Shown here piece after piece: positions 29,429-41,758 of a DNA stretch of 41,894 nucleotides. The position numbers were made by a program, and so were the translations under genes. The notes under the pieces were generated by a model that did not search any database, was not told the DNA's origin, and saw nothing but the letters and a program-made list of their open reading frames with translations. Each line of letters opens with the position of its first letter. The first letter of the stretch is position 1. The stretch lies in the sequence record SRR31156797_5393; one strand, 5' to 3'.

Positions 29429-32400
29429 ATGCAGGGTTGGTTGGTAATTCCAGTCTCGCTCGCTTATTTGGGCGTGCTGTTTCTTATTGCGTGGTATGGC
29501 GATCGTCAGACGCGATGGCTGGCTAATTGGCGTCCTTGGATTTACAGCCTGTCTATTGCGGTTTATTGCACTTCTTGGACTTTTTACGGCACGGTGGGCC
29601 AGGCGAGTCAAAACCCGTGGTCTTTTTTACCTATCTATATTGCCCCTATCATCGTTTTTACTCTTGGCTGGCGAATTCTGGCTCGCCTGATTTTGATCGC
29701 TAAACGCGAGCATATTACCTCTATCGCTGACTTTATCGCAGCCCGTTATGGCAAATCTCAGGGGCTAGCGGTCGCTGTTACTCTGATTGCAGTGGCTGGT
29801 ATTCTGCCCTATATCGCACTGCAGCTTCGTGGTATTACCATGGGGCTCAACATCATTGCCCCTGACCTGAGTACCCAATTGGGTTACCAGGACGACAGCG
29901 TTTCTTGGTTTGTGGTTTTAGCTTTAGCGTTGTTTACCATGTTGTTTGGTACCCGCCATATTGATAACACAGAGCATCACCGCGGGATGATGATGGCAAT
30001 TGCTTTTGAATCGATGGTTAAGTTAGTGGCGTTTTTAGTGGTTGGAATGTTCATTCTTTACCTTGCGATGCGTGACCAAAATGTCGAACTGTTGGACATT
30101 GCTCGTCAGACTTACCAATCTCCGAACTGGCCGACGCTATTGATTCATACCATCTTGACCATGATTGCGATCATCTGTCTGCCGCGTCAGTTCCATACCA
30201 TGGTAGTGGAAAATGAACGGGCTCAAGATCTTCACACTGCTCGCTGGTTATTTCCTTCCTACCTCATTTTGATGGGGTTATTTGTATTGCCGATTGCTTG
30301 GGTGGGGCAGGGATTATTGAGTGGTACTGCACCCGATACCTTTGTTATTAGCGTTCCTGTCGCGGTCGGTGCTGATGATATTGCCCTGTTGGCATTCCTT
30401 GGAGGGACATCAGCAGCATCTGGGATGGTGATTGTTTCCACTATTGCACTCGCCATTATGGCATCCAACGATTTGGTGATGCCTCTATTGCTACGTCGTA
30501 TGCGTCTGTCTCAGCGTAATCATCGTCATTTCTCTGGCTTATTGGTCATCATCCGCCGCGCTTTGATTTTACTGCTATTGCTGGGAGCTTGGGGTTTCTA
30601 TCTGGTGCTGGACACCATCCCATCGCTTTCCGCGATTGGTTTCCTTTCTTTTTCTGCAATCACCCAATTCGCACCGGCGTTGATTGGCGGAATGTATTGG
30701 CGAGAGGGAAATAGGAAAGGGGTTTATGTTGGCTTAGTGGTTGGCTTTACCCTGTGGATCATTACCTTGATGAGTGCGACCAATATGCTGGCTGGTGATC
30801 ATCAGAGTAATGTGCTGCTGTGGGCAATCACTCCGCCGGATGTATTAAGCCGCATGGGACTAGAGAGTTCAGACTGGGGGATGTTACTCAGTGTGACACT
30901 GAATACCTTATGTTATGTCGCAGTATCTATTGCAACTCGCTCAAGCTTAAGTGAGCGATTACAATCTGCAGCCTTCGTCGGTACCCCTTTACCTGAAAAC
31001 GAGAATATCAGCCTTTACCAAAGTCGAGTCACGGTGGGCGAATTAGAAATGTTGGCATCTCGTTTTGTTGGACGTCCCCGTGTTCGAACAGCATTTGATC
31101 AATATTGGGACCAACAGCGGGAAACGTTAATGCCCAATCAACAAGCACCTTCGACGTTAATTCGTCATACCGAGCGTGTGTTGGCTGGGGTGTTTGGTGC
31201 TTCTTCGGCTAAGTTAGTGCTGACTTCTGCTCTGCAAGGCAGAAATATGCAGTTGGAAGAAGTGGCAACCATTGTCGATGAAGCTTCTGAACTGTATGAC
31301 TTTACTCGTGGGCTGTTGCAGGGCGCGATTGAACATATTGGTCAGGGAATTGCGGTTGTTGATAAACAATTGCGGCTGGTGGCGTGGAACCAACGTTACT
31401 TGGAGCTGTTTGATTTTCCACCTGGATTAATTCAGGTCGGGCGTCCGATTGCGGATGTGATTCGTCATAATGCGGAACAAGGCTTATGTGGCCCGGGCGA
31501 TCCAGAAGAGCATGTTCGCCGCCGGGTGTATCACCTAGAGCAGGGGACACGCCATACCTCTTCTCGAGTTCGTCCTGATGGTCGAGTGATTGAGGTTCAA
31601 GGAAACCCAATGCCAGGTGGCGGCTTTGTGATGAGTTTTACCGACATTACCGTTTTCCGCGACGCGGAACGTACGCTTCAGGAAGCCAATGAAAATCTGG
31701 AAGAGCGTGTATTAGAGCGCACACGTGAACTGGAAACGTTGAATAAAAAATTGGTTTCTGCAACGCAGCGTTCAGAGCAGGAATCTCAATCCAAATCACG
31801 CTTTTTGGCTGCGGTGAGTCACGACCTCATGCAGCCTTTGAATGCTGCCAGACTTTTTGCTTCATCTTTATCGGAAGTTGCTCAGGAACAAGAGTCCAAA
31901 CGGCTATCGCATCATATTGAAAGTGCGTTGAGTGCGGCGGAAGACTTGATTGGTGATTTGCTGGATATCTCACGTTTAGAGTCCGGTAAGTTAGAAGTGA
32001 ACTTCCAAAACTTCAAAGTGAATGATGTTCTATCCAATTTGAAGGCAGAGTTCGAAGCTTTGGCTCATAAGCAAGGCATTGAGTTTAGTACGGTTCCGTC
32101 ATCGCTGTTCGTTCACTCTGACCCTCGATTATTACGTCGGGTTATCCAAAACTTTCTGACTAATGCGTTTCGCTATAACCCGAAAGGTAAGGTGATTCTG
32201 GGTGTAAGAAGAGTCGCTGGTAAAGTTCGTATTGATGTTTGGGATAATGGCATTGGTATAGAAGAGGATAAACAGCAAGAGATCTTTGAAGAGTTCAATC
32301 GTGGCAGTCAAGTTCGTTCAGACCAAGGGTTAGGCTTGGGGCTTGCGATATCAAAAGGGATTGCTCATGTGCTTGAACATGAAATCTCGATGCGTTCTTG

Positions 32401-32863
32401 GCCGGACAAAGGCAGTGTTTTCTCCCTGACTCTCGATAAGGCTGAACCTGTCGAAGTTGTGCCGATAAAAGCTGCGCCGCCTGAAGCTGTGCATGATCTT
32501 AATCATCTACGGGTACTTTGTGTCGATAATGAAGATGAGATTTTGGTCGGTATGCGTACTTTACTAGAGCGATGGGGCTGTGAGGTGAAGACGGCACTCG
32601 ACATTAAACAGAGTTTGAAAGCCTTGGATGAACAATGGATTCCCGATGTTATCCTATCGGATTACCGTCTGGACAATGGCCGCACGGGACTAGAAGTTTT
32701 ACAACAATGTCGATTACGCTTAGGTGATTGTTTTGAGGGCGTTATCATCAGTGCTGACCGCAGCCCAGATATTCTTGACGGTATTGAGTCGAATGGGTTT
32801 AGCTTTATGGCGAAACCGGTGAAACCATTGAAATTGAGGGCACTGTTGAACCGCATTGGTTAA
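29429..32863 (+). CDS. crbS: Hybrid sensor kinase: SLC5 transporter-like domain, STAC, PAS, histidine kinase, receiver
   Basis: AVYCTSWTFYG sodium:solute symporter domain, VSHDLMQPL H-box, GLGLGL G-box, C-terminal REC (SDYRLD...KP); next to acs. Confidence 0.9.
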   Translation: MQGWLVIPVSLAYLGVLFLIAWYGDRQTRWLANWRPWIYSLSIAVYCTSWTFYGTVGQASQNPWSFLPIYIAPIIVFTLGWRILARLILIAKREHITSIADFIAARYGKSQGLAVAVTLIAVAGILPYIALQLRGITMGLNIIAPDLSTQLGYQDDSVSWFVVLALALFTMLFGTRHIDNTEHHRGMMMAIAFESMVKLVAFLVVGMFILYLAMRDQNVELLDIARQTYQSPNWPTLLIHTILTMIAIICLPRQFHTMVVENERAQDLHTARWLFPSYLILMGLFVLPIAWVGQGLLSGTAPDTFVISVPVAVGADDIALLAFLGGTSAASGMVIVSTIALAIMASNDLVMPLLLRRMRLSQRNHRHFSGLLVIIRRALILLLLLGAWGFYLVLDTIPSLSAIGFLSFSAITQFAPALIGGMYWREGNRKGVYVGLVVGFTLWIITLMSATNMLAGDHQSNVLLWAITPPDVLSRMGLESSDWGMLLSVTLNTLCYVAVSIATRSSLSERLQSAAFVGTPLPENENISLYQSRVTVGELEMLASRFVGRPRVRTAFDQYWDQQRETLMPNQQAPSTLIRHTERVLAGVFGASSAKLVLTSALQGRNMQLEEVATIVDEASELYDFTRGLLQGAIEHIGQGIAVVDKQLRLVAWNQRYLELFDFPPGLIQVGRPIADVIRHNAEQGLCGPGDPEEHVRRRVYHLEQGTRHTSSRVRPDGRVIEVQGNPMPGGGFVMSFTDITVFRDAERTLQEANENLEERVLERTRELETLNKKLVSATQRSEQESQSKSRFLAAVSHDLMQPLNAARLFASSLSEVAQEQESKRLSHHIESALSAAEDLIGDLLDISRLESGKLEVNFQNFKVNDVLSNLKAEFEALAHKQGIEFSTVPSSLFVHSDPRLLRRVIQNFLTNAFRYNPKGKVILGVRRVAGKVRIDVWDNGIGIEEDKQQEIFEEFNRGSQVRSDQGLGLGLAISKGIAHVLEHEISMRSWPDKGSVFSLTLDKAEPVEVVPIKAAPPEAVHDLNHLRVLCVDNEDEILVGMRTLLERWGCEVKTALDIKQSLKALDEQWIPDVILSDYRLDNGRTGLEVLQQCRLRLGDCFEGVIISADRSPDILDGIESNGFSFMAKPVKPLKLRALLNRIG

Positions 32864-32888
32864 GTCGGGTTCCGGACAAATGAGTACT

Positions 32889-32911
32889 AAAAAGCCCTCG
32901 AAAGAGGGCTT
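32889..32911. terminator. Terminator between crbS and gppA
   Basis: AAAAAGCCCTC-gaaa-GAGGGCTT. Confidence 0.8.
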
Positions 32912-32934
32912 AATGTTATCAACCTGAGTTCAGG

Positions 32935-34428
32935 TTATTTCGCTTCTATACTCAGAGGCCAGCCAATATCCGTTTGACGGTTGGCTTCCAGTTCCAGCTC
33001 TGCTTGAGTCAGTGGGTTTGCTTCCAACCAAGTTTTGTCGAGAGAAAGAACAAGGTTATCCCCTTCTGCGATTAGAGTGATTTTAGGCTCCAACTCTACA
33101 CAGCGACGGTGGCTGAGTAATACCGCCAAACGAAGTAAACGCAATACTCGCTTACTACTGATACCAGAAAGCGCATACTGTTCTGGCAGTGAAGTTAGCT
33201 GTTCACGGTAACGCCTAGTGACTTCGGCAAGCAAGTGTTTCTGCGCGCGGGTAAAGCCCGGTAAATCTAAGTTATGCAGTAGGTAAGCGTTGTGTTCGCC
33301 ACCTTTTTTGAAATCGATAGAAAGACCGATTTCGTGTAGTTCAGCCGCTGCGTGTAGCAGCATTTCTGCTTGCGGCTCATTGATCCAAGCTAAACCGCCA
33401 CATTGTGCCAATAATTTTCGCGCTAAGGTAGAAACCTGATGGGCATAACATTGGTCAATCTGATACCGGCTTTGCACACTATCAATAGTACGAGCTCGAA
33501 TATCATCCTGACGCAGATCAGCCATCATGTCATAGACTAGCCCTTCGCGCAGAGCTCCGCCTGCAAGCGTCATCGACTCGATACCCAGTGACTCAAAAAT
33601 AGCGATCAGGATAGATAGCCCACTAGGGAACACAAGTGCTCGCTCTAATGTTAAACCTTCTATTTCCAACTCTTCGAGGTGGTCTGAACGCATCGCCTGT
33701 TTTTTTAGACGATTGAGCTTTGCCAGAGTAATAACTTCGTCCATCCCCTGAGCAAGCATGATTTCTTGCAAGGCTTGAACAGTGCCACTTGCACCAACAC
33801 AAACATCCCAGCCAAGCTGAGAATATTGGTCAAGAATCGGTTCAAGCCCTTTTTTTGCAGCATCAATAGCATTGTTAAAATTGGTGCTGTTAAGCTGGCG
33901 ATCTTTAAAGTGGCGCTCTAGCCAAGTCACACAGCCCATTTTTAAACTCGTTAGAGCTTTGGCTTCAAAGCCTTCACCAATAATAACTTCTGTACTGGCA
34001 CCACCAATATCAACGACCAAGCGGCGTCCCATTCCACCAGAGGTGTGCGCGACGCCCTTATAGATAGTGGCAGCTTCTTCTTCACCTGAGATAACTTCAA
34101 TAAAGTGACCTAAGATTTGGTTCGCTTTACTTAGGAAGTCTTCAATATTCGTTGCTGTGCGTAATGTCGCTGTTCCAACAATACGAATATTTTCGGCAGG
34201 AATGTCTTGTAAGCGCTCGGCAAACAGACTTAAACAATCCCAACCACGTTGCATTGCCTCAAGGCTTAATGCGTTGTTGTCATCTAAACCAGCAGCAAGG
34301 CGTACTTTACGCTTTATCTTTGCCATGGTTTGAACGCTGCCATCGATATGTCTGACGATCAGCATATGGAAGCTGTTCGAGCCTAAATCGATAGCGGCAT
34401 ATAACGGTGAAGAAACAGTTTGGCTCAT
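32935..34428 (-). CDS. gppA: Guanosine-5'-triphosphate,3'-diphosphate pyrophosphatase
   Basis: [19 protein letters not shown] and GALREG motifs; follows rhlB; ATG 34428. Confidence 0.95.
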   Translation of the reverse strand: MSQTVSSPLYAAIDLGSNSFHMLIVRHIDGSVQTMAKIKRKVRLAAGLDDNNALSLEAMQRGWDCLSLFAERLQDIPAENIRIVGTATLRTATNIEDFLSKANQILGHFIEVISGEEEAATIYKGVAHTSGGMGRRLVVDIGGASTEVIIGEGFEAKALTSLKMGCVTWLERHFKDRQLNSTNFNNAIDAAKKGLEPILDQYSQLGWDVCVGASGTVQALQEIMLAQGMDEVITLAKLNRLKKQAMRSDHLEELEIEGLTLERALVFPSGLSILIAIFESLGIESMTLAGGALREGLVYDMMADLRQDDIRARTIDSVQSRYQIDQCYAHQVSTLARKLLAQCGGLAWINEPQAEMLLHAAAELHEIGLSIDFKKGGEHNAYLLHNLDLPGFTRAQKHLLAEVTRRYREQLTSLPEQYALSGISSKRVLRLLRLAVLLSHRRCVELEPKITLIAEGDNLVLSLDKTWLEANPLTQAELELEANRQTDIGWPLSIEAK

Positions 34429-34435
34429 AGATGAA

Positions 34436-35737
34436 TTACGAATCCTTTGGCTTTTGCTGCGTACGTGGACGTCTTTGTGGCTTACGATTACCGTTACGAG
34501 AACCACCAGTGTTGGTACGACGCTGTGGAGAAGAAGAGCGTAGAGTCAACGGTTTTGGTAGATTCGTCAATAGTGCTGAAGGATCGTATTCAGACACTGG
34601 AATCGCATGTTCGATGTATTCTTCAATCGAAGTCAGGTTGATGGCGTACTCTTCACATGCAAAAGAGATAGAGTTGCCACTTTCACCTGCACGGCCTGTA
34701 CGACCAATTCGGTGTACATAGTCTTCACAATCATCCGGTAAATCATAGTTGAAGACATGTGTCACTTGTGGAATGTGCAAACCACGAGCTGCCACGTCTG
34801 TCGCAACCAGAATATCGACTTCACCTTTAGTAAATTGCTCAAGGATTCGCTCACGTTTTTTCTGTGGAACGTCACCAGTTAAAAGACCAACACGATGCCC
34901 ATCAGCGGCAAGGCTACCCCAGATTTTTTCACAACGATGTTTGGTGTTAGCAAAAATAATTGCGCGATCTGGCCAGTCTTCTTCAATAAGCGTTTGTAGA
35001 AGCGCCATTTTATGTTCGTTTGAAGGTTGGAAAAGTTCTTCTTTAATGCGGTGTCCTGTTTTTCTTTCAGGCTCTACCACAACGTGCTCAGGGTTGTGCA
35101 TGTGTTCGAATGCCAATTCCTGTACACGGTAAGAAAGTGTCGCAGAGAACAACATGTTCAAACGATCTTTTGGTTCCGGCATACGACGGAATAAGAATCG
35201 GATGTCTTTGATAAAACCAAGGTCAAACATACGGTCAGCTTCATCAAGAACAACGGCTTGGATGTTATTCAGGTTGAATACTTTCTGTTTGTAGAAATCG
35301 ATAATACGACCAGTGGTACCGATCAGAATATCAACGCCATCTTGTAACTTACCTAATTGCTTATCATAGCTTTCACCGCCGTAAGCAAGAGCAGTTTTAA
35401 GACCAGTACTAGCCGTCAGTGTATCGGCGTCGTTAAAAATCTGAATCGCCAGTTCACGCGTCGGCGCCATGATAATCGCTCGCGGCTGACTGGATTTACG
35501 ACCTTCAATCTCAGGCGTTTTTAGTAAATGGTTAAAAGTAGCAGCAAGAAACGCGATGGTTTTACCCGTACCCGTTTGAGCTTGTCCTGCAATGTCTTGG
35601 CCAGTGAGCAGTACTGGCAACGCCAAGGCTTGAATCGGGGTACAATACTCGAACCCTTTTTTATCCAATCCTTCAATAACTTGGGGGTGTAAATCCAAGT
35701 TGGCGAATTTTTGCTCTGTGATATGTGTCTTTTTCAT
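34436..35737 (-). CDS. rhlB: ATP-dependent DEAD-box RNA helicase RhlB
   Basis: [21 protein letters not shown] and HRIGRTGR motifs; trxA/gppA synteny. Confidence 0.96.
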   Translation of the reverse strand: MKKTHITEQKFANLDLHPQVIEGLDKKGFEYCTPIQALALPVLLTGQDIAGQAQTGTGKTIAFLAATFNHLLKTPEIEGRKSSQPRAIIMAPTRELAIQIFNDADTLTASTGLKTALAYGGESYDKQLGKLQDGVDILIGTTGRIIDFYKQKVFNLNNIQAVVLDEADRMFDLGFIKDIRFLFRRMPEPKDRLNMLFSATLSYRVQELAFEHMHNPEHVVVEPERKTGHRIKEELFQPSNEHKMALLQTLIEEDWPDRAIIFANTKHRCEKIWGSLAADGHRVGLLTGDVPQKKRERILEQFTKGEVDILVATDVAARGLHIPQVTHVFNYDLPDDCEDYVHRIGRTGRAGESGNSISFACEEYAINLTSIEEYIEHAIPVSEYDPSALLTNLPKPLTLRSSSPQRRTNTGGSRNGNRKPQRRPRTQQKPKDS

Positions 35738-35872
35738 CGCTATAGAATATCAGCTTACACTTGCAATACGGAAGTAAATACATTCCAATAGAGCATCTAT
35801 TTACTGGTTAGTCGATAATCAGTCTATTGATTTGCTACTAATCAGTTCAGAAAAAACACATTGGAGTGGAAG

Positions 35873-36199
35873 ATGAGTGATAAAATGTTGCAGCTATCTG
35901 ATGATAGTTTTGAAAACGATGTAATCAAAGCTGCAGGCCCGGTTCTTGTTGATTTTTGGGCAGAATGGTGTGGTCCTTGTAAGATGATTGCTCCTATTCT
36001 TGATGAAATCGCAGAAGAATACGAAGGCAAACTCACTATCGGTAAATTGAATATTGACCATAACGCGGGAACACCACCAAAGTTTGGTATCCGTGGTATT
36101 CCTACGCTTCTTCTTTTTAAAGATGGCAGCGTAGCAGCGACGAAAGTAGGCGCATTGTCTAAAACTCAATTGAAAGAGTTCTTAGACGCGAACCTATAA
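35873..36199 (+). CDS. trxA: Thioredoxin 1
   Basis: WCGPC active site; ATG 35873 after GGAG. Confidence 0.97.
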   Translation: MSDKMLQLSDDSFENDVIKAAGPVLVDFWAEWCGPCKMIAPILDEIAEEYEGKLTIGKLNIDHNAGTPPKFGIRGIPTLLLFKDGSVAATKVGALSKTQLKEFLDANL

Positions 36200-36438
36200 T
36201 TCGCGATAACTTTACCGTACATGTTCCTTTTATCTTTAAGTTCCGACTGAAAGTTAATTAGGTATAAATATATGTACGGTTTTGTTTTTGTAAAAAACAT
36301 TTTCTAGACTAGGCTAATATTTAGTGCTAGTTTATCGCACGTAAATTAAACAAGTGTTCACTTCTTGGTCAATCCTGAGACCAAATCCATCTTAACTAGA
36401 AAATAGATCCTATTTTGACTAAACAAGCATCCACCACA

Positions 36439-37698
36439 ATGAATCTAACAGAACTGAAGAACAGACCCGTATCTGATCTTGTTAAACTTGGTGAGACCTT
36501 AGGCCTTGAAAACCTTGCGCGTCTAAGAAAGCAAGACATTATCTTCTCTATATTGAAAGCTCACGCTAAGAGCGGTGAAGATATCTTTGGCGACGGTGTT
36601 TTGGAAATTCTTCAAGACGGTTTTGGTTTCTTGCGTAGCGCAGACAGTTCATACCTTGCAGGCCCAGATGATATCTACGTATCACCGAGCCAAATACGTC
36701 GTTTTAACTTACGTACAGGTGACTCGATTGCCGGGAAAATTCGCCCGCCAAAAGAGGGTGAGCGTTACTTTGCACTATTGAAAGTGAACACTGTTAACCA
36801 CGACAAACCTGATAACGCACGTAACAAAATCCTATTTGAGAACTTAACTCCACTGCACGCAAATGAGCGTATGGTTATGGAGCGTGGTAATGGCTCGACT
36901 GAAGACATTACAGCACGTGTTCTGGATCTAGCGTCGCCAATTGGTAAAGGTCAGCGTGGTTTGATTGTTGCTCCGCCAAAAGCGGGTAAAACAATGTTGC
37001 TACAGAACATTGCTCAAAGTATTGCTAACAACCACCCTGAGTGTGAGCTGATGGTGCTTCTTATAGACGAACGTCCGGAAGAAGTAACTGAGATGCAGCG
37101 CTTAGTTAAAGGTGAAGTAATTGCATCGACGTTCGATGAGCCAGCATCTCGCCACGTGCAAGTTGCAGAAATGGTGATCGAGAAAGCCAAGCGTCTTGTT
37201 GAACACAAGAAAGACGTGGTTATCCTACTTGACTCTATTACTCGTCTGGCGCGTGCATACAACACGGTTGTTCCTTCATCTGGTAAAGTTTTGACTGGTG
37301 GTGTGGATGCAAACGCTCTGCATCGTCCAAAACGTTTCTTCGGTGCGGCTCGTAATGTAGAAGAGGGCGGTAGCCTGACAATTCTTGCGACAGCGCTTGT
37401 TGATACTGGCTCTAAGATGGATGAAGTAATCTACGAAGAGTTTAAAGGTACAGGTAACATGGAAATCCACCTGAACCGTAAGATTGCAGAAAAACGTGTG
37501 TTCCCTGCCATCGACTTCAACCGCAGTGGTACTCGTCGTGAAGAGCTTCTAACTAAGAATGATGAGCTACAAAAAATGTGGATCCTACGTAAGATTGTTC
37601 ACCCAATGGGCGAAATCGATGCGATGGAGTTCCTCATTGATAAGCTAGCGATGACGAAGACCAATGATGAATTCTTTGACGCAATGCGCCGTCAATAA
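36439..37698 (+). CDS. rho: Transcription termination factor Rho
   Basis: MNLTELK, DGFGFLR and PPKAGKT motifs. Confidence 0.98.
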   Translation: MNLTELKNRPVSDLVKLGETLGLENLARLRKQDIIFSILKAHAKSGEDIFGDGVLEILQDGFGFLRSADSSYLAGPDDIYVSPSQIRRFNLRTGDSIAGKIRPPKEGERYFALLKVNTVNHDKPDNARNKILFENLTPLHANERMVMERGNGSTEDITARVLDLASPIGKGQRGLIVAPPKAGKTMLLQNIAQSIANNHPECELMVLLIDERPEEVTEMQRLVKGEVIASTFDEPASRHVQVAEMVIEKAKRLVEHKKDVVILLDSITRLARAYNTVVPSSGKVLTGGVDANALHRPKRFFGAARNVEEGGSLTILATALVDTGSKMDEVIYEEFKGTGNMEIHLNRKIAEKRVFPAIDFNRSGTRREELLTKNDELQKMWILRKIVHPMGEIDAMEFLIDKLAMTKTNDEFFDAMRRQ

Positions 37699-37720
37699 AG
37701 AATTATCAGCGAGTTTTTAG

Positions 37721-37747
37721 AAACACCACCCATTGGGTGGTGTTTTT
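37721..37747 (+). terminator. Terminator after rho
   Basis: AAACACCACCC-att-GGGTGGTGTTTTT. Confidence 0.85.
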
Positions 37748-37805
37748 GTTTGCATTCTGGTCACTATCGCACGACAATATCAAAGAATGTTAACAGGAGG
37801 TTAAT

Positions 37806-38798
37806 ATGCAACAAGGAGTGTTGTTTAGTTTATTCCTCTCTCTTTTACTGATTTGTTCGCCCGCTTCGGCTGTGGAAATTTCTTCAGCGAGTCAAAACAA
37901 GTTGATCAATGACGGTCAACTTAAGGTGAAAGTATCAGAGCTAGTAGACCTAGCGTTAAAAGACGATATTGATTCCCTCTCATTTGCGATACAGCGCATT
38001 GCTCTACCGCAGCAGGAAGCTGCCCGTTATTTATTGCTTCAATATATGGAAGAGCATCAAGTGGCACTCTCTGGTCAGATGGTTAGCTTTATTGAGCAAC
38101 AGAAAAGTATCATTCCTGTTTATCAGCTCTTAGAGAAAGGGGAAGGTTACGAGTTTTCTGTACCTGCATTTGATTATATTGCCATTGCTCACCGCTTATT
38201 AAAGCAGTGGAAGCAGGATCAGAGTGTTATCGACTTTATGATGAGAGCTGAAAATCAAGAGTTAGATTTACATCAATGGCTTTCTGGTCCTGAATACTTG
38301 GTTCAAGAACGGGAAGAACTGCTTATTAGAGAGTTTGATGGTTTGTCTGTTAATGCGAAAACCGCATTAGTTGAACAGCTGACAGAGGCAAAAGTCATTA
38401 GCTGGCTTCCTTCCTCAGAAGTGATGGTAAAAATGGTTCAAGTGACTCAGGACGCTAAACTTTATAAGTTGCTATGGTTGATGAGAGCTGATTTTTATAT
38501 CGAGCAAGAACTGGTTCGCTTATCTCGTCAAAGTAGTGATTTTTCAACCCAGCAGTTGATGCTAGCGGCAAGTAACCCTCGCCTGACTAAGTTAGCACTG
38601 CAAAGTTTGGTTAAAACCAATGGTCCTTTATCAGACGACGTAAAAAACTTTCTGGTCACACGGTTACAAAATTCTTCAGAAGCCCCTATTGTTGCTCAAG
38701 CACTTGCTGAACAAGGGTACGATTCTTGGTTGAAGGAATTGTTGCAAAATAATCGTCAGGTAGAGAGTCAGGCTATTTTACAGGTTCTCACTCAGTAG
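37806..38798 (+). CDS. Hypothetical exported, helix-rich protein
   Basis: Strong RBS AGGAGG, signal peptide ending ASA, 330-aa open frame; no family recognised. Confidence 0.75.
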   Translation: MQQGVLFSLFLSLLLICSPASAVEISSASQNKLINDGQLKVKVSELVDLALKDDIDSLSFAIQRIALPQQEAARYLLLQYMEEHQVALSGQMVSFIEQQKSIIPVYQLLEKGEGYEFSVPAFDYIAIAHRLLKQWKQDQSVIDFMMRAENQELDLHQWLSGPEYLVQEREELLIREFDGLSVNAKTALVEQLTEAKVISWLPSSEVMVKMVQVTQDAKLYKLLWLMRADFYIEQELVRLSRQSSDFSTQQLMLAASNPRLTKLALQSLVKTNGPLSDDVKNFLVTRLQNSSEAPIVAQALAEQGYDSWLKELLQNNRQVESQAILQVLTQ

Positions 38799-38886
38799 TT
38801 CGGTGTTCGCAAAGTGGGGGCACTTGAATGGCTCCGGTGAATCTTTTTGCTATACTGCGCGCAGTGTAATTATTGTCAGAGCAGAT

Positions 38887-40740
38887 ATGAGCTTTAAAAA
38901 TTTACGTGATTTTCTTGATCATCTAGAAGCACAGGGACAACTCAAACGCATTTCTCACCCGGTCGATCCTCATTATGAAATGGTGGAAATCAGTGACCGT
39001 ACCTTACGCCAAGGTGGTCCGGCACTGCTGTTTGAAAACCCGATTGGCTACGATATTCCGGTATTAACTAACCTGTTTGGTACACCAGAGCGTGTTGCAA
39101 TCGGTATGGGGCGTGAAGATGTACAAGATTTGCGTGAAGTCGGAAAGTTACTTGCCTACTTGAAAGAACCTGAACCTCCAAGAGGCTTTAAAGACGCCAT
39201 CGATAAAATTCCCGTGTTTAAGCAAGTCTTAAATATGCCTGCTAAACGACTTCGCAGTGCGGCATGTCAGGAAATTATCTGGCAAGGTGAAGAGGTCGAT
39301 TTAGACAAAATTCCAGTGATGAGCTGTTGGGCAGATGACGTAGCTCCGTTATTAACCTGGGGTTTAACCATTACCAAAGGCCCAAATAAAAAGCGCCAGA
39401 ACTTAGGTATCTACCGCCAGCAAAAGTTAAGTAAAAATAAAATTATTATGCGCTGGTTGGCTCATCGTGGTGGCGCACTAGACTTCAGGGACTGGGTAGA
39501 AACACATCCCGGAGAAAACTTCCCTGTATCCATCGCTTTTGGCGCAGATCCTGCCACCATTTTAGGCGCAGTAACACCAGTACCAGATACGCTTTCTGAA
39601 TACGCATTTGCAGGCTTACTGCGTGGCAGTAAAACCCAAGTCGTCAAATCTGTAAGTAATGAACTTGAAGTTCCAGCGAGTGCAGAGATTGTGCTTGAGG
39701 GCTATATCGACCCTAACGAGTATGCTGATGAAGGGCCTTATGGTGACCATACCGGATACTACAACGAAGTTGAGCGCCATCATGTATTCACGGTGACTCA
39801 TGTCACTATGCGAAACAATCCTATCTATCACAGCACATATACTGGCCGCCCACCGGATGAGCCGGCGGTATTAGGTGTTGCTCTCAATGAAGTATTTGTT
39901 CCAATCTTGCAGAAGCAGTTTCCTGAAATTGTCGACTTTTATTTGCCACCGGAAGGTTGCTCATATCGAATGGCGGTTGTGACGATGAAGAAGCAATATC
40001 CCGGGCATGCGAAACGCGTGATGATGGGTGTTTGGTCTTTCTTACGTCAATTTATGTATACCAAATATGTCATAGTGTGCGATGAAAGTGTTAATGCACG
40101 TGACTGGGATGAAGTAACGAAGGCAATGACAGAAAATATGGAGCCTATTCGAGATACTTTGTTTATCGAAAACACGCCTATTGATTCGTTAGACTTTGCT
40201 TCACCTGTGGTAGGCCTTGGTTCGAAGATGGGACTGGATGCTACCATTAAATGGGAAGCAGAATGTGCGATGGCAGATTCCGTGAAACAAGATCAAACAC
40301 ACGAGATTAGTGTTTCGGATATTGAAGAGTTCAAACGTCGTCACCCTGAAATTGAAGATATATACCTACCTCCTTCAACACAAAATCGCATGGCAATTGT
40401 CTCGATGCGAAAATATAAAGCAGGAGAGTCGGAGCAACTATTAAACTCAATATGGAGCTTCTTAGCAGAATATACTGATGCGAAATTTGTGGTACTGTGT
40501 GACGACGATGTAAATCCTCATGATTGGAATGATATTATCTGGGCTGTGACTACGCGTATGGATCCCGCTCGCGATACCTTTACTATTCCAGCAAAAGACG
40601 GAACAGTCTCTAAACTTGGTCTTGATGCAACAAATAAATTTGAAGGCGAAGTAACAAGAGAGTGGGGAACACCGATTAAGAAAGATCCTGATCTAGTCGC
40701 TAAGATTGACGAAATCTGGGAACAGTTAGGAATACTATGA
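38887..40740 (+). CDS. ubiD: 4-hydroxy-3-polyprenylbenzoate decarboxylase UbiD, long form
   Basis: [18 protein letters not shown] and [11 protein letters not shown] motifs; ATG 38887 gives 617 aa. Confidence 0.95.
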   Translation: MSFKNLRDFLDHLEAQGQLKRISHPVDPHYEMVEISDRTLRQGGPALLFENPIGYDIPVLTNLFGTPERVAIGMGREDVQDLREVGKLLAYLKEPEPPRGFKDAIDKIPVFKQVLNMPAKRLRSAACQEIIWQGEEVDLDKIPVMSCWADDVAPLLTWGLTITKGPNKKRQNLGIYRQQKLSKNKIIMRWLAHRGGALDFRDWVETHPGENFPVSIAFGADPATILGAVTPVPDTLSEYAFAGLLRGSKTQVVKSVSNELEVPASAEIVLEGYIDPNEYADEGPYGDHTGYYNEVERHHVFTVTHVTMRNNPIYHSTYTGRPPDEPAVLGVALNEVFVPILQKQFPEIVDFYLPPEGCSYRMAVVTMKKQYPGHAKRVMMGVWSFLRQFMYTKYVIVCDESVNARDWDEVTKAMTENMEPIRDTLFIENTPIDSLDFASPVVGLGSKMGLDATIKWEAECAMADSVKQDQTHEISVSDIEEFKRRHPEIEDIYLPPSTQNRMAIVSMRKYKAGESEQLLNSIWSFLAEYTDAKFVVLCDDDVNPHDWNDIIWAVTTRMDPARDTFTIPAKDGTVSKLGLDATNKFEGEVTREWGTPIKKDPDLVAKIDEIWEQLGIL

Positions 40741-41006
40741 CTTTTACTGTCCGCTTGCTTCCGAGCAATATTCAGTTTGAAGTCGAACATGGGCAAACGG
40801 TGCTGGATGCTGCACTCAACCAGCACATACCATTTCCACACCGTTGCCGAGTAGGTGCATGCGCAGCGTGTTTGTGCCGTAAAGTGGAAGGCGAAGTGAG
40901 CTACCACCTTGAACCCATGCTCACAGAGAAAGAGCAACAACAAGGATGGATACTTCCCTGCCAAGCGTTAGCCGAAAGTCATTTAGTACTTACTTTTGAT
41001 GAGTAA
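40737..41006 (+). CDS. 2Fe-2S ferredoxin
   Basis: C-x4-C-x2-C...C (CRVGACAAC...LPCQ); ATGA overlap with ubiD. Confidence 0.92.
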   Translation: MTFTVRLLPSNIQFEVEHGQTVLDAALNQHIPFPHRCRVGACAACLCRKVEGEVSYHLEPMLTEKEQQQGWILPCQALAESHLVLTFDE

Positions 41007-41021
41007 GTAAGAAGGAAAACC

Positions 41022-41735
41022 ATGACCATTAAATGTAAAGTTAAGTCGATAGAGTCTTTAGCCAATAATACTTACCAAATACTGTTACACCCAGAACAAC
41101 CTGTCTCTTTTAAAGCAGGTCAATATCTGATGGTCGTAATGGGAGAAAAAGATAAGCGCCCATTTTCTATTGCAAGCAGCCCTTGTCGCCATGAAGGTGA
41201 ATTGGAGCTACATATAGGTGCGGCTGAACATAACGCATACGCGATTGAAGTAGTGCAACTGATGCGTGAGGCATTAGAAAAACAAACTGAAATTGAAATT
41301 GATGCGCCACACGGTGAAGCTTGGGTTAAAGAAGACAGTGAGCGCCCTATCTTACTTATTGCGGGTGGCACGGGTTTTAGCTATGTCCGTTCAATTTTGG
41401 ATCACTGTATCGCACAAAGTAAAGTTAACCCTATTTACCTATATTGGGGCGCGCGTGACGCAAGCCAATTATACGCGAAGGGCGAACTAGAAAAAATTGC
41501 CGCTCAATATACTAATGTTCACTTTATCCCAGTAGTGGAAGAGGCTGCTCCAGATTGGCAAGGTAAGGTAGGTAACGTGCTTCAGGCCATCAATGCTGAT
41601 TTTGAATCTTTAGCTGATTTTGATATCTATATCGCCGGACGCTTTGAAATGGCGGGTGCGGCAAGAGAACAGTTTACTCAAAACAAACAAGCATTGAGTG
41701 AAAGAATGTTTGCCGATGCATACGCTTTTATATAA
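41022..41735 (+). CDS. fre: NAD(P)H-flavin reductase
   Basis: [23 protein letters not shown] and GRFEMA...DAYAFI motifs. Confidence 0.95.
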   Translation: MTIKCKVKSIESLANNTYQILLHPEQPVSFKAGQYLMVVMGEKDKRPFSIASSPCRHEGELELHIGAAEHNAYAIEVVQLMREALEKQTEIEIDAPHGEAWVKEDSERPILLIAGGTGFSYVRSILDHCIAQSKVNPIYLYWGARDASQLYAKGELEKIAAQYTNVHFIPVVEEAAPDWQGKVGNVLQAINADFESLADFDIYIAGRFEMAGAAREQFTQNKQALSERMFADAYAFI

Positions 41736-41758
41736 AACCTACTGATATAAATACTTAT

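Noticed and set aside
29429-32863. Transporter-kinase fusion as a novel architecture
   Set aside because: Matches the described CrbS family of acetate-switch sensors.
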